Below are positions 47,213 through 56,763 of a stretch of 64,000 nucleotides of DNA, piece after piece. Numbering within the stretch: the first letter of the stretch is position 1; each line of letters begins with the position of its first letter. Below the pieces are notes generated by a model that was given only the letters and a program-made list of their open reading frames with translations, ran no database searches and was not told the origin of the DNA. The stretch covers positions 3,904,001 to 3,968,000 of the forward strand of contig CBDETK010000013.1 in NCBI GenBank assembly GCA_965242865.1. The letters run 5' to 3'. Made by a program: the position numbers and the translations under genes. The DNA is from Candidatus Latescibacterota bacterium. GTDB lineage: Bacteria; Latescibacterota; UBA2968; UBA8231.

Positions 47213-48784
47213 TCACATCCCCCAAACATCCACCTCCACCCCACTGTCAGCTACCCGGCGGCAGTGAAACACTTTGTCGGCCCAACGCCGCCCTTCGCGT
47301 CGGTCGAAAATCACCAGATGACCCGCCTCGGCCCCGCAGCGATCCACGTATTCCGCGGTCTGCTTCAACCCAGCGACGATCGTCTGCTCCAAGCTCTGAT
47401 GCAGCACCTTGCACTCGACCACGAACCGGCGCGTCTGCTCTCCCTGCGGCCATACAATGAGCAAATCCGTCCGCATCCGACCCAAGCCGTATTCACGCTC
47501 GATGCGACTGCCGCTGTTGACGATGCGCTGCAAAAAGGCTTGCAGCAGCAACTGCGGCCCGGCTTCCTTGTACTCGAATCGCTCCACCCAGTGCTCGGAG
47601 TGCTCGCGGAAGAACGCTTGGAATGCCGACAACAGCTTGTCCAAGTCTAGGCCGCCAGCCGCATCCACATACCAAGCCGGGTCTTGGGCTAACGTCGCTT
47701 GGGTGGTGTAGATCAGCTCGCGTGGAATGACCTCTCGATATATGGGATTGGCAATACGCGCCGGGTTGTCTGCGCTGAGCAGGCCCAAATCGCGGACATA
47801 CATCAAGTCGTCGGAGGGCATGGAGTGCGCTTGGCTGCCACTCAGCAAAGGCTCGACGACGCGCCGGACGCGCTCTTCTTGCAGCTTATCGGCCAACTGG
47901 TCGAGATGGGTTTCGCGCCGCAGGATGAGTTGCTCTTGCGCGGCGAGGATGGCCTCAGCCGCGACCGGGTGCTGGCGATCTTGGGCGACGCCGTAAAAGC
48001 AGGCTTCGTCGGCCAGCGCGTTGACCAGCCACGGTTGCCCTTGGGTCTGCGTCCAGACCGTCTCCACTGCCTCGGCGGTGAACGCTTGGCCGGTCTCTTC
48101 GGTGTGCTGACCGAGCAAGGTGGACACCTCCTCGCGGGAAAAGTCGCCCAGACGCAGCGACCGCGCCTTGATGTTGAACGCACTGCCGCCGGCGATGATG
48201 GCTTTTTCGACCGTCGATTGAATGCGGTAATCGCGCACGTCGCGCACCCCGCACAGCACCACGCTCTGGGGAAACGCTCCGGGCCGGCGCACATAGCCCG
48301 CCCGCAACTGACGCAGCACCGACAGCAGCGAATCCCCGATCAGGGAATCGATTTCGTCGATCAGCAGCACCAGCGGTTTGGTTGCCGCCGCCGACCAGCG
48401 CGTCAGGGCCTCGCGCAACGCACCCGCGCCGAATTTGGCGAAGATGTCCGACCAAGTATCGGTCAGAAACTCGTCGTTGAGCGTCGAACGCGCCCAAGAC
48501 GCCAGTTCGCCCAAGATGACCTGCGTCGCCCGTTCCACGTCTTCGCGCAGGGGTTGTGCGCCCTCCACGTTGACGTACACGCAGCCGTAGTTCCCTTCGG
48601 CGTTGAGCAGGTCGCGCAGGGCCAGCAGAGCCGATGTCTTGCCCGTCTGGCGCGGCGCGTGCAGGACGAAGTAGCGTTTGTCGCGAATGAGCCGGCGCAC
48701 CTCGGCAAGGTTCAGCCGCTCCAACGGCGGGATGCAGTAGTGATCGTCGGCGACGACCGGACCGCTCGTATTGAAAAAACGCAT
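47213..48784 (-). CDS. AAA-like ATPase with C-terminal PD-(D/E)XK-like domain
   Basis: FFNTSGP, HAPRQTGKTS, LLIDEID, GGSAFNIK, GQPWLVN, RE...GRMRTDL...VVECK. Confidence 0.88.
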   Translation of the reverse strand: MRFFNTSGPVVADDHYCIPPLERLNLAEVRRLIRDKRYFVLHAPRQTGKTSALLALRDLLNAEGNYGCVYVNVEGAQPLREDVERATQVILGELASWARSTLNDEFLTDTWSDIFAKFGAGALREALTRWSAAATKPLVLLIDEIDSLIGDSLLSVLRQLRAGYVRRPGAFPQSVVLCGVRDVRDYRIQSTVEKAIIAGGSAFNIKARSLRLGDFSREEVSTLLGQHTEETGQAFTAEAVETVWTQTQGQPWLVNALADEACFYGVAQDRQHPVAAEAILAAQEQLILRRETHLDQLADKLQEERVRRVVEPLLSGSQAHSMPSDDLMYVRDLGLLSADNPARIANPIYREVIPRELIYTTQATLAQDPAWYVDAAGGLDLDKLLSAFQAFFREHSEHWVERFEYKEAGPQLLLQAFLQRIVNSGSRIEREYGLGRMRTDLLIVWPQGEQTRRFVVECKVLHQSLEQTIVAGLKQTAEYVDRCGAEAGHLVIFDRREGRRWADKVFHCRRVADSGVEVDVWGM

Positions 48785-48800
48785 CGTGGTCTCTTGCGAT

Positions 48801-48827
48801 TACTGACTCATCGAACAGCAGTCTCAT
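48801..48827 (-). pseudogene. 5' remnant of DUF5615/PIN-like toxin
   Basis: ATG AGA CTG CTG TTC GAT GAG TCA GTA = MRLLFDESV, overlapping the end of the DUF433 gene; resemblance stops before the AAA gene. Confidence 0.55.
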
Positions 48828-49047
48828 AAGCAATACTCTCCAAGGCTTCCCTCGCCATATCAATCGTCCTTACTGCCTGCTCGCGGCTTACACTCGGAAA
48901 GTCGTCCAGAAAGTCGTCTAGACTGTGCCCACCTGCCAGATAATCGAACAGGTTCTTCAGCGGTACGCGGGTCCCCACAAAAATGGGTGTCCCACTCACA
49001 AAACCCGCTTTGCTGTGAAACACGCCATTTTCGATTGTTTGTGTCAC
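48808..49047 (-). CDS. DUF433 antitoxin
   Basis: SGTPIFVGTRVP..NLFDYL..G.SLDDFLDDFPSVSREQ. Confidence 0.88.
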   Translation of the reverse strand: MTQTIENGVFHSKAGFVSGTPIFVGTRVPLKNLFDYLAGGHSLDDFLDDFPSVSREQAVRTIDMAREALESIAYETAVR

Positions 49048-49054
49048 GGCATTC

Positions 49055-50179
49055 CTACCAGTCCACGACCGACCCGTCGTCCGGGTCAAAGCGGGCTTGG
49101 TAGGGACGCGGTTCGCCGACTTGGTCCCTGAGCTTGTCTTCGTCGATGGTGATGCCGAGGCCGGAATCGGTGGGTAGGGGTCGGTGGCCGTTGGCGACCG
49201 GGGCCAAGGGTTGGGCGAGCAGGTCTGCGTATTCGTTGTCGCCGCGCTCTTGGATGAGAAAGTTGGGGATGGCAGCGGCCACCTGTAGGCTCGCGGCCAG
49301 CGAACAAGGGCCTTGGGGATTGTGCGGGGCCAGCGGCGAATAGTACGCCTCGGCCATGCCGGCGATGATCTTCAATTCGGTGATGCCGCCGGCATAGCAA
49401 ACGTCCGGCTGAAGGATGTGGGCGGCGCGTTTTTCGAGAATTTCCTTGAACCCCCACTTCGTAAAGATGCGCTCGCCAGTGGCGATAGGGATGTGGGTTT
49501 TCTCGGCGAGTTCGGCCATGACATCGACGTTGAGGGCCTGCACAATTTCCTCGTAAAACCAAGGGTGATACGGTTCGAGTGCTTTGATGAGCAGCAGGGC
49601 GGTGGGAGGCTGCACCGCGCCGTGAAAGTCAACGGCAATATCGACGCCCGAGCCGTGTTGTTCGCGGAGTGCCTTAAAACGCTCAACGACCTCGTCGACG
49701 AACTTTTGCCCCTCGATGTATTTGAAGGGGGACCGCGCCGTGCCCGGCCCCACCTTCATGGCGTTGACCCCGGTCTCCTCGCTCACTTCGCCATAAACCC
49801 GAATCCGCTCGCGCGTAGGACCGCCGAGCAACTTGTACACGGGCACGCCATAGCACTTCCCAGCGATGTCCCAAAGGGCCATATCAATGCCGGAGGAAAT
49901 CGCGGTTTTGATTGGGCCGCCGCGATAGAAGGCACCGCGGTGGATGGCCTGCCAATGGTGGGTGACGGGCCGAGGGTCCTTACCCACTAGATAATCGGCA
50001 ACTTCGAGCGCACCCGCCGCACAGGCTTTGGCGTCGTCCTTGAGCATTTCGCCCCAACCGACGATGCCCGCGTCCGTGGAAATTTTGACGAAGACCCAGG
50101 AGTTTTTGAGAACAAACGTCTCGATCTTGGCGACCTTAATCGCATCGTTGGGGCCGATGGGAGCTTGAGTGCTCGACAT
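49055..50179 (-). CDS. dgoD: Galactonate dehydratase-like enolase
   Basis: VKISTDAGIVGWGE, FYRGGP, SGIDMALWDI.GK, DFHG, ATGER, LQPD, APHNP.GP, DGSVVDW end; ATG 50179. Confidence 0.8.
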   Translation of the reverse strand: MSSTQAPIGPNDAIKVAKIETFVLKNSWVFVKISTDAGIVGWGEMLKDDAKACAAGALEVADYLVGKDPRPVTHHWQAIHRGAFYRGGPIKTAISSGIDMALWDIAGKCYGVPVYKLLGGPTRERIRVYGEVSEETGVNAMKVGPGTARSPFKYIEGQKFVDEVVERFKALREQHGSGVDIAVDFHGAVQPPTALLLIKALEPYHPWFYEEIVQALNVDVMAELAEKTHIPIATGERIFTKWGFKEILEKRAAHILQPDVCYAGGITELKIIAGMAEAYYSPLAPHNPQGPCSLAASLQVAAAIPNFLIQERGDNEYADLLAQPLAPVANGHRPLPTDSGLGITIDEDKLRDQVGEPRPYQARFDPDDGSVVDW

Positions 50180-50238
50180 GGGGGTAATCCTTTGGTTAAT
50201 GGACGGTCGAACAGGGTTGCAAGTCGCTCGGCACCGAC

Positions 50239-51036
50239 CTACTGCTTGCGCCGAGCACCTTGGCGACCGACCCGATAGGTACTCGCCGTATAGGTCAGCG
50301 TCTGCCCGGGCTGCATCTCCACTACCTTCGTATTCGGCGAGAGAAACTTCACCGCCTCGCTCAACGCGCCAATGTCCGCCGGTTGCTTCATAATCGGCCC
50401 GTAGTGGCAGGGAATGACGATGTCCGGGCGAATCAGGCTCGCCGCCCGCGCGGCCTCGCGGATCCCCATGGTGTACTGCCCGCCCACCGGCATAATCGCG
50501 AGCTGCGGCCCGTACATCTGGCCGATGAGCTGCATGTCGCTGAACAAGCAGGTGTCGGCCGTGTCGTAGATGGAGATGCCGTTGTTGTACGCTACGACGA
50601 AGCCGTTGACGGCGCTGTCGGGATGGAAGAGCAAGCCCGACGGCAGCTCGCCGCCGATCACGTGCGGCGATAGCGACTGCGAGTGGTGGCCCTGCACCAT
50701 GGTGATCGTGGCGTCCTTGACCTTGACCGCGCCGCCGGGGTTCATGGACAATGCCCGCGAGCCCAGCTTGAGCCCATGCACTGTCTCGGCGACCGAGCAA
50801 AGCTCGTAGTTGCCGACGAACTTGGCCTTGGTGCGCTTGCATATCTCGTAGGAATCGCCAATGTGGTCGCTGTGGCCGTGGCTGGCGATGACGATGTCGG
50901 CTTCTTTCACCTGACTGAGCGTCATCTCGGCCGTGGGATTGTCGTCGAGCCAAGCGTCGAAGTACGCGACCGAGCCTTTGTCGGACTCAAAGCAAAAAGA
51001 AGCGTGGCCGATAAAAGTGATCTTCACGGATGCCAT
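50239..51036 (-). CDS. Metallo-beta-lactamase-fold metal-dependent hydrolase (UPF0173-like)
   Basis: FIGHASF, SHGHSDHIGD, MPVGG.YTM, IPCHY. Confidence 0.88.
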   Translation of the reverse strand: MASVKITFIGHASFCFESDKGSVAYFDAWLDDNPTAEMTLSQVKEADIVIASHGHSDHIGDSYEICKRTKAKFVGNYELCSVAETVHGLKLGSRALSMNPGGAVKVKDATITMVQGHHSQSLSPHVIGGELPSGLLFHPDSAVNGFVVAYNNGISIYDTADTCLFSDMQLIGQMYGPQLAIMPVGGQYTMGIREAARAASLIRPDIVIPCHYGPIMKQPADIGALSEAVKFLSPNTKVVEMQPGQTLTYTASTYRVGRQGARRKQ

Positions 51037-51054
51037 GCGGATTGATCCTTTCTG

Positions 51055-51873
51055 TTAGCGTTGGCTTAGGTCGTCGCCGAGGTCCGTTGAGTCAAACTGC
51101 CCCTTCTCGGCGCAGACGGCGACGACCAACAATTCGAGATTTTCTGGGGTGTGGTTGTAGAGGCCGTGGCTACCGCCCAGCCGACTGGGAATCGCGTCCC
51201 ACTGCGCGACCTCCTGCGTCTCGTCGTCCACTGTCATCCGCCCGCTTCCCTCGATGACGATATACGCCTCCTCAACGCCTTCGTGGCGGTGGTAGCCGAT
51301 CGATGTGCCCGGCGGCAACAGACAGTGAACCAAACCGTAGAAATTGCTGCGGAAATCCTCCGGCCCCCATATACGCCGGCCGCCGATGTGGCCCTTGCCG
51401 CCGTGCGCTGGGCCGTACTGTAGGGCCGCACGGTCCAGCCGCCCTACCGGCAGGCGGTCGGTGGATTCCAGTTCAGCACCGACCCGGTCGTCGCCCAGAT
51501 CGGTCGATTTGGGGTCGCCGCCGGGAACCACGCAGTGGACGTTGAACCAGCGCGTCTCGCGGTCGGTGTGGTTGTAGATGGCGTGGGTTTCGCCCGAGCG
51601 CAAAGGCACGGCGGCCTCGCCCTCAACTAGGGCCGTGCGCCCGTTGTGGGTGAACTGGGAGGCGTTGTCAATGGCGATGAAAATTTCCTCGCTGTCGTCG
51701 TGGCGGTGGTAGCCAATCCCGCCGCCGGGCAGGAGAATGGCGGCGTGGACGAAGGCGAAGGGCGTCTCAAAATCGGCGCGGTTCCACAGGCTGTTGAAGA
51801 GGATCGTCCCGGCCCCACCGTGGACGTCGCTCAGTTCCTTCATGTTGGCCCGGTCGGCTCTCGCTACGCGCAT
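51055..51873 (-). CDS. Bicupin (two cupin domains)
   Basis: PGGGIGYHRH..SEE..H and PGTSIGYHRH..VEE..H repeats. Confidence 0.85.
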   Translation of the reverse strand: MRVARADRANMKELSDVHGGAGTILFNSLWNRADFETPFAFVHAAILLPGGGIGYHRHDDSEEIFIAIDNASQFTHNGRTALVEGEAAVPLRSGETHAIYNHTDRETRWFNVHCVVPGGDPKSTDLGDDRVGAELESTDRLPVGRLDRAALQYGPAHGGKGHIGGRRIWGPEDFRSNFYGLVHCLLPPGTSIGYHRHEGVEEAYIVIEGSGRMTVDDETQEVAQWDAIPSRLGGSHGLYNHTPENLELLVVAVCAEKGQFDSTDLGDDLSQR

Positions 51874-51880
51874 AACGGCC

Positions 51881-52252
51881 TCATTGCTCGCGGTGGAAGA
51901 GTTGTAGGTTCAGTTGGTTCGGCCCCTCGAAGAAGCCCAAGGTGATGCCGGTCCCGCCGCCGACATCAAAAGGCTCCTTGGTGATGGTGACCCCCTTGTC
52001 CTTCAACTCCTGTGCGCTGGCTTCCACGCTATCGACCTCAAAAGAGATATGGTGGAAGCCGGCGTCCTGCCCCATAGTCTTTTGCGGCATGAGTTCGAGC
52101 AGGATACCGCCGGCGTCGAGGAAGACATAGTCTTCGTCGTCCTCGGTGGCAAAGCGCTCCACCACGGTCAGCCCCAGTTTCTGCGTGTAAAACGCCACGG
52201 CCCCTTCGATGTCGTCGGTTATGACCGCGATCTTGTGGATTTTGTTTACCAT
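51881..52252 (-). CDS. VOC (glyoxalase) family protein
   Basis: IAV...D....AFY...LG, LELM, HHISFEV, FF.GP. Confidence 0.88.
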   Translation of the reverse strand: MVNKIHKIAVITDDIEGAVAFYTQKLGLTVVERFATEDDEDYVFLDAGGILLELMPQKTMGQDAGFHHISFEVDSVEASAQELKDKGVTITKEPFDVGGGTGITLGFFEGPNQLNLQLFHREQ

Positions 52253-52409
52253 CGAATCCCTCCTCGTCGTTAGCGAACCTATCCGTGGTCTGGTTCAATT
52301 TGCGGCAGCAAATATAGAGGGTGCGAACAAAGTGCCGCAAGCTCGGCAGGGCTTGGCCGCTGCTATGGGTGCCCCTATGTTCTGAAGCCCAACAAATCAG
52401 GAGGCTGTC

Positions 52410-53240
52410 ATGTCCCATCCGCTCTTCGATCTATCCAACCGCGTCGCCTTAGTCTCTGGTGCGGCTAGTGGCCTCGGCAAAGCCATGGCCACGGGCTTTG
52501 CCGAAGCAGGGGCTGACCTCGTCTTGGCCGACTTCAATGCCGATGGCTTGGCCACGGCCGCGCGCGAAATGGAAGCCTTGGGCGGCCGCGTCCTCCCGGT
52601 GACGTGCGATGTGTCCCAACCCGATCAGATCCGCGCCATGTTTGAATTGATAGACGCCGAGTACGGTCGCATTGACATCGTCGGCAACGTTGCCGGCAAT
52701 GCGCGGCGCAATACCCCGCTCGATCTGACGCCCGAACAGGTCGAGTTTACCCTGCAAAACCTCGTCGTTGGCCGCTTGGTCTGTTGTCAAGAGGCCGGCC
52801 GGCGCATGATGGCCTCGGGCACTGGCGGCAGCATCATCAACCTCGTGTCGATCGCCGGCATCAACGCCCTCGGCCGCAGCCACCTCGCGTACAGCATGGG
52901 CATGGCCGGTGCCGCGCAGATGACCCGCGAACTGAGCACGGAGTGGGCCGCCAAGGGCGTGCGCGTCAACGCCATTGTCTGCGCCCAGCTAATGAACGCG
53001 GATCTCGAGGAGCGCATCGCCGCCGACCCCGCGCTGGGCAACACCTATTTGCGCGGCCTCCCCATTGGCCGCCTCGGCACCTCCAACGACATCAAGGGGG
53101 CGGCGATTTTCCTCGCCTCGGCCGCCTCGGCTTGGATCACCGGCGCACTGCTTCCTCTAGACGGCGGCAACCTCGCCAAAAACGCCGGCGGCTCGCATCC
53201 AGGCATGCCCAACGCGCCCGCCGAGCAGGTCGGCCTTTAG
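52410..53240 (+). CDS. SDR-family oxidoreductase
   Basis: SGAASGLG, GSIIN..S, atypical YSMGM catalytic motif, VRVNAI, ITG..L.LDGG. Confidence 0.9.
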   Translation: MSHPLFDLSNRVALVSGAASGLGKAMATGFAEAGADLVLADFNADGLATAAREMEALGGRVLPVTCDVSQPDQIRAMFELIDAEYGRIDIVGNVAGNARRNTPLDLTPEQVEFTLQNLVVGRLVCCQEAGRRMMASGTGGSIINLVSIAGINALGRSHLAYSMGMAGAAQMTRELSTEWAAKGVRVNAIVCAQLMNADLEERIAADPALGNTYLRGLPIGRLGTSNDIKGAAIFLASAASAWITGALLPLDGGNLAKNAGGSHPGMPNAPAEQVGL

Positions 53241-53377
53241 GCCCTGGATGTTGGCATCTCAATGAGCACCGCGCATTTCTTTACACGAGTTGGTCCGGTC
53301 GCCTATCTTGTCGGCTGTAACGCCCGACATGTCCCGGCATTCGGGCTGCCCAAGCCGCCGCTCAGTGGAGCAAGACC

Positions 53378-54955
53378 ATGCTACGGATAGACCCCGATTC
53401 GCCCCGGACCGCCAAGCGTAAACTGCCCATCGGCATTCAGACCTTCCGCACGATTCGGGAAGAAAATTGCTACTACGTCGATAAGACCGCTTACATGGCG
53501 CGGCTGGTCGCCGAGGGTACGCACTATTTCCTGTCGCGTCCCCGTCGGTTCGGCAAGAGTCTGTTTCTCGATACGCTCAAGGAGCTGTTCGCCGGCAACG
53601 AGCCGCTGTTTCAGGAGCTGGCCATTCACCCGCGATGGGACTGGTCGGTGCGCCATCCGGTGCTGCGGCTCGACTTCAGCAGCGGCAACTTTAAGGAGCC
53701 AAGCTACCTACACAAAGATGTAATGGCCCAGCTAGACGCTATGGAGCGCGAGTCGGGGGTCGCTGCCAACTACGACACCGCACCAGCCCGCTTGCGCCAT
53801 TTGCTCAAGGTGCTGCATCAGCGCACCGGCCAGCGGGTGGCCGTGCTGATCGACGAGTATGACAAGCCCATTCTCGACGCGCTCGAAGTGCCGGAGGTCG
53901 CCCGTGCCAACCGCGACTACTTGCGGGGGCTGTATGCGACGATCAAGTTTGGCGACGCCCACATCGCGTTCACCTTCCTCACCGGGGTGAGCAAGTTCTC
54001 CAAAGTCAGCTTGTTCTCCGGCCTCAACAATCTCAAAGACATTACCTTAGACCCGCGCTACTCGGCCATTTGCGGCTACACTGAGGCGGACTTGGACGCG
54101 GTGTTCGCCGCGGAACTGCCCGGCTTGGACCGCGAAGCAATCCGCACGTGGTACAACGGCTACAACTGGCTGGGCGACGAGGCCGTGTACAACCCCTTTG
54201 ACGTATTGCTGCTGTTTGACCGCCGCCAGTTCGGGCCGTACTGGTTTGAGACGGGAACGCCGACGTTTCTGCTGGAGATGTTGTTGGCGCGCGGGGTCAG
54301 TGCGCTCTCCTTGGACGACATGCTCGGCAGCGAGGAGTTGCTGTCGTCGTTTGACGTGGACCACATTGCGACCGAGGCGTTGTTGTTCCAGACCGGCTAC
54401 CTGACCATTCGGTGCGCCGAGTTGCGCGGCGGGCGGATGTACTACCGGCTGGGCTACCCCAATCGGGAGGTGCAGCAAAGCCTGAACGATAGCTTGCTGA
54501 GTCACCTGACGGGCAATTCGTCGCGCCGGGTTGAGCACAGTGCCCGGCTCTACGATCTGCTGCTGGTCAACGACTTCGATGGCTTGGAAACGCTGTTCGA
54601 GGCGTTCTTTGCCAGCATTCCCTATCAGTGGCATACGAATAATGAGATCGCCCACTACGAGGGCTATTACGCCAGTGTGTTTTACTCCTACTTCGCGTCG
54701 CTGGGGTTGTCGATTACGGTGGAGGACAGCAGCCGGGAGGGACGCCTCGACATGGCGGTGGAGTTCAATGGAAACGTGTACCTGTTCGAGTTCAAGGTGG
54801 TAGATCAGGCGTCGGCGGGGGCGGCGATCCGGCAGTTGAAGGAGCGGGACTATGCGGCCAAGTATCGCGGGCGCGGCGAAGCGATTTTCCTGATTGGAGT
54901 GGAGTTCAGCCGAGAGACCCGCTCCGTAGCCGCCTTTGAGGTGGAGAGTACGTGA
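53378..54955 (+). CDS. AAA-ATPase-like protein with PD-(D/E)XK nuclease domain
   Basis: KLPIGIQTF, YYVDKT, SRPRRFGKSL, IDEYDKP, TGVSKF, GLNN, YNPF, GRLDM...FEFK. Confidence 0.92.
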   Translation: MLRIDPDSPRTAKRKLPIGIQTFRTIREENCYYVDKTAYMARLVAEGTHYFLSRPRRFGKSLFLDTLKELFAGNEPLFQELAIHPRWDWSVRHPVLRLDFSSGNFKEPSYLHKDVMAQLDAMERESGVAANYDTAPARLRHLLKVLHQRTGQRVAVLIDEYDKPILDALEVPEVARANRDYLRGLYATIKFGDAHIAFTFLTGVSKFSKVSLFSGLNNLKDITLDPRYSAICGYTEADLDAVFAAELPGLDREAIRTWYNGYNWLGDEAVYNPFDVLLLFDRRQFGPYWFETGTPTFLLEMLLARGVSALSLDDMLGSEELLSSFDVDHIATEALLFQTGYLTIRCAELRGGRMYYRLGYPNREVQQSLNDSLLSHLTGNSSRRVEHSARLYDLLLVNDFDGLETLFEAFFASIPYQWHTNNEIAHYEGYYASVFYSYFASLGLSITVEDSSREGRLDMAVEFNGNVYLFEFKVVDQASAGAAIRQLKERDYAAKYRGRGEAIFLIGVEFSRETRSVAAFEVEST

Positions 54956-55000
54956 AGTGCCTGTTGCGCTGCCGCGGCTGAGCACTTAGCGTAGCCAGTT

Positions 55001-56014
55001 ATGTCCAGCACACCTGCCATCCAGACCACGACCGTCGGCTCCTATCCCGTCCCGGACTGGCTCCAAGCCCTCCCCTCCGAGCAAGCCCTCGTCGATGCCA
55101 CCCGCGTAGTGTTCGACACCCAGCGCCAAGCCGGCATTGACCTGCCCACCGACGGCGAGCTATACCGCTTCGACGTCAATCACCCAGACACCAACGGCAT
55201 GATCGAGTACTTCGTCCGGCCCATGGGTGGCACCCGCACGGAATTTGGCCGCCGCGAGGCCGAGGAGTTCGCCGCCAAACAAAGCATGGGGTTCCGGGCC
55301 AAGCCCGCGGCCGTGGTTGAAGCCGAACTCAGCGCGGGCAGCCTCGACCTGCTTGCCGACTGTGCCCGCGCCGCAGCCGTGGCCGGCGGCCCCTTCAAGT
55401 TCACCCTGACCAGCCCTTACATGCTGGCTCGCACCCTCCTCGATCGCCACTACGGCGACTTTGCCGCGCTCCTGATGGCCGTTGCCCACGTCCTCGCCGA
55501 TCAGGTCCGCGGCCTGCCCTGCGCCTGCGTCCAAATCGACGAGGCCAACATCCCCGGCAATCCGGCCGACGGCCCGCTCGCGGCCCGCGCCATCAACGCC
55601 GTGCTCGACAGCATCGACGCAGGCACCCAAAAGGCCGTTCACTTCTGCTTTGGCAACTACGGCGGCCAGACCATCCAGCAGGGCGAGTGGCGCGCCTTGC
55701 TCGGCTTTCTCAACGAGCTGCGCGCCGATCACTTGGTGCTAGAGCTGGCCCATCGCCCGGCGAGCGACCTGCGTGCCCTGCAACACATCGACTCGCGCCT
55801 CGGCCTCGGCCTCGGCGTGATCGACATCAAGGTCAACCACATCGAAACGACCGAAGAGATCGCTCGCCGCATAGAAGCCGCGGCCGCCGCGGTCGGACCC
55901 GACCGCATCCGCTTCATCCACCCAGACTGCGGCTTTTGGATGCTCAAACGCTCCATCGCCGACCGCAAAATCGCAGCACTGGCTCAAGGGCGCGATCTGT
56001 ACTTGGGGCTTTAA
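55001..56014 (+). CDS. Cobalamin-independent methionine synthase II family (catalytic domain only)
   Basis: TTVGSYP.P, TDGE.YR, QIDE, HFCFGN, GVID, PDCG. Confidence 0.85.
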   Translation: MSSTPAIQTTTVGSYPVPDWLQALPSEQALVDATRVVFDTQRQAGIDLPTDGELYRFDVNHPDTNGMIEYFVRPMGGTRTEFGRREAEEFAAKQSMGFRAKPAAVVEAELSAGSLDLLADCARAAAVAGGPFKFTLTSPYMLARTLLDRHYGDFAALLMAVAHVLADQVRGLPCACVQIDEANIPGNPADGPLAARAINAVLDSIDAGTQKAVHFCFGNYGGQTIQQGEWRALLGFLNELRADHLVLELAHRPASDLRALQHIDSRLGLGLGVIDIKVNHIETTEEIARRIEAAAAAVGPDRIRFIHPDCGFWMLKRSIADRKIAALAQGRDLYLGL

Positions 56015-56021
56015 GTAGAAC

Positions 56022-56756
56022 TTACGGGCTCGTGCGGCGCATGATGCTGAGGAACTGGCCGGTCATGCCGCTGGCCGGGGGTTGCGTTGCGAGGAAAAGG
56101 GCCGCGGCAACGACCTGTTCGGGCTCCTTCCACGGGTCGCTTGCGGCGCGAAAGCTGCTAACTTCTTGCCAAGCGGGTTTTGACAGCTCCGTCCTGACCG
56201 GGCCGGGGATGAGAACGTTGGCGATAATGCCCTCGCTCCACACTTCTTCGGCAATGGCTTGGGTCAATCCGTGCAAGGCCGCTTTGGACGCGCAATAGAC
56301 GCTGAGATCCGCGTGGCCGACTTGGCCCATGCCAGAGCCGACATTGATGATGTTCCCGCTGCCCTGCCGCCGCATAATGGGCAATACCGCGCGGCAACAG
56401 CGGACGACGCCCATGACGTTGATTTGCCACGCCTGCTCCCACTGTTCATCGGTCGCGTCCAAAAACAGCCCCCGCGGATTGACGCCGGCGTTGTTGACGA
56501 GAATATCGATCCGACCGAATCGCTCGACCGTTTTCTGCACGAGGCGTTCCACCTCGGCGCACACCCGCAGATCAGTCGGCACCACAAGGGACTCGCCGCC
56601 CTGCGCGGCAATGGCTGCGGCTGTTTCGTCGAGCTGAGCTGTGCTGCGCGCGGCAATGGCGACCTGTGCGCCTTCGGCCGCATAGCCCAGCGCGATCGCC
56701 CGGCCAATGCCGCGACCTCCGCCCGTGACGAGGGCGACTTTGTCTTTGAGTTGCAT
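56022..56756 (-). CDS. SDR-family oxidoreductase
   Basis: TGGGRGIG, VNNAG, YCASK. Confidence 0.92.
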   Translation of the reverse strand: MQLKDKVALVTGGGRGIGRAIALGYAAEGAQVAIAARSTAQLDETAAAIAAQGGESLVVPTDLRVCAEVERLVQKTVERFGRIDILVNNAGVNPRGLFLDATDEQWEQAWQINVMGVVRCCRAVLPIMRRQGSGNIINVGSGMGQVGHADLSVYCASKAALHGLTQAIAEEVWSEGIIANVLIPGPVRTELSKPAWQEVSSFRAASDPWKEPEQVVAAALFLATQPPASGMTGQFLSIMRRTSP

Positions 56757-56763
56757 GGTTGCG

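Noticed and set aside
49055-50953. 632-aa fusion ORF
   Set aside because: The N-terminal 257 aa are an off-frame reading of the MBL hydrolase gene; the dehydratase starts at ATG 50179.
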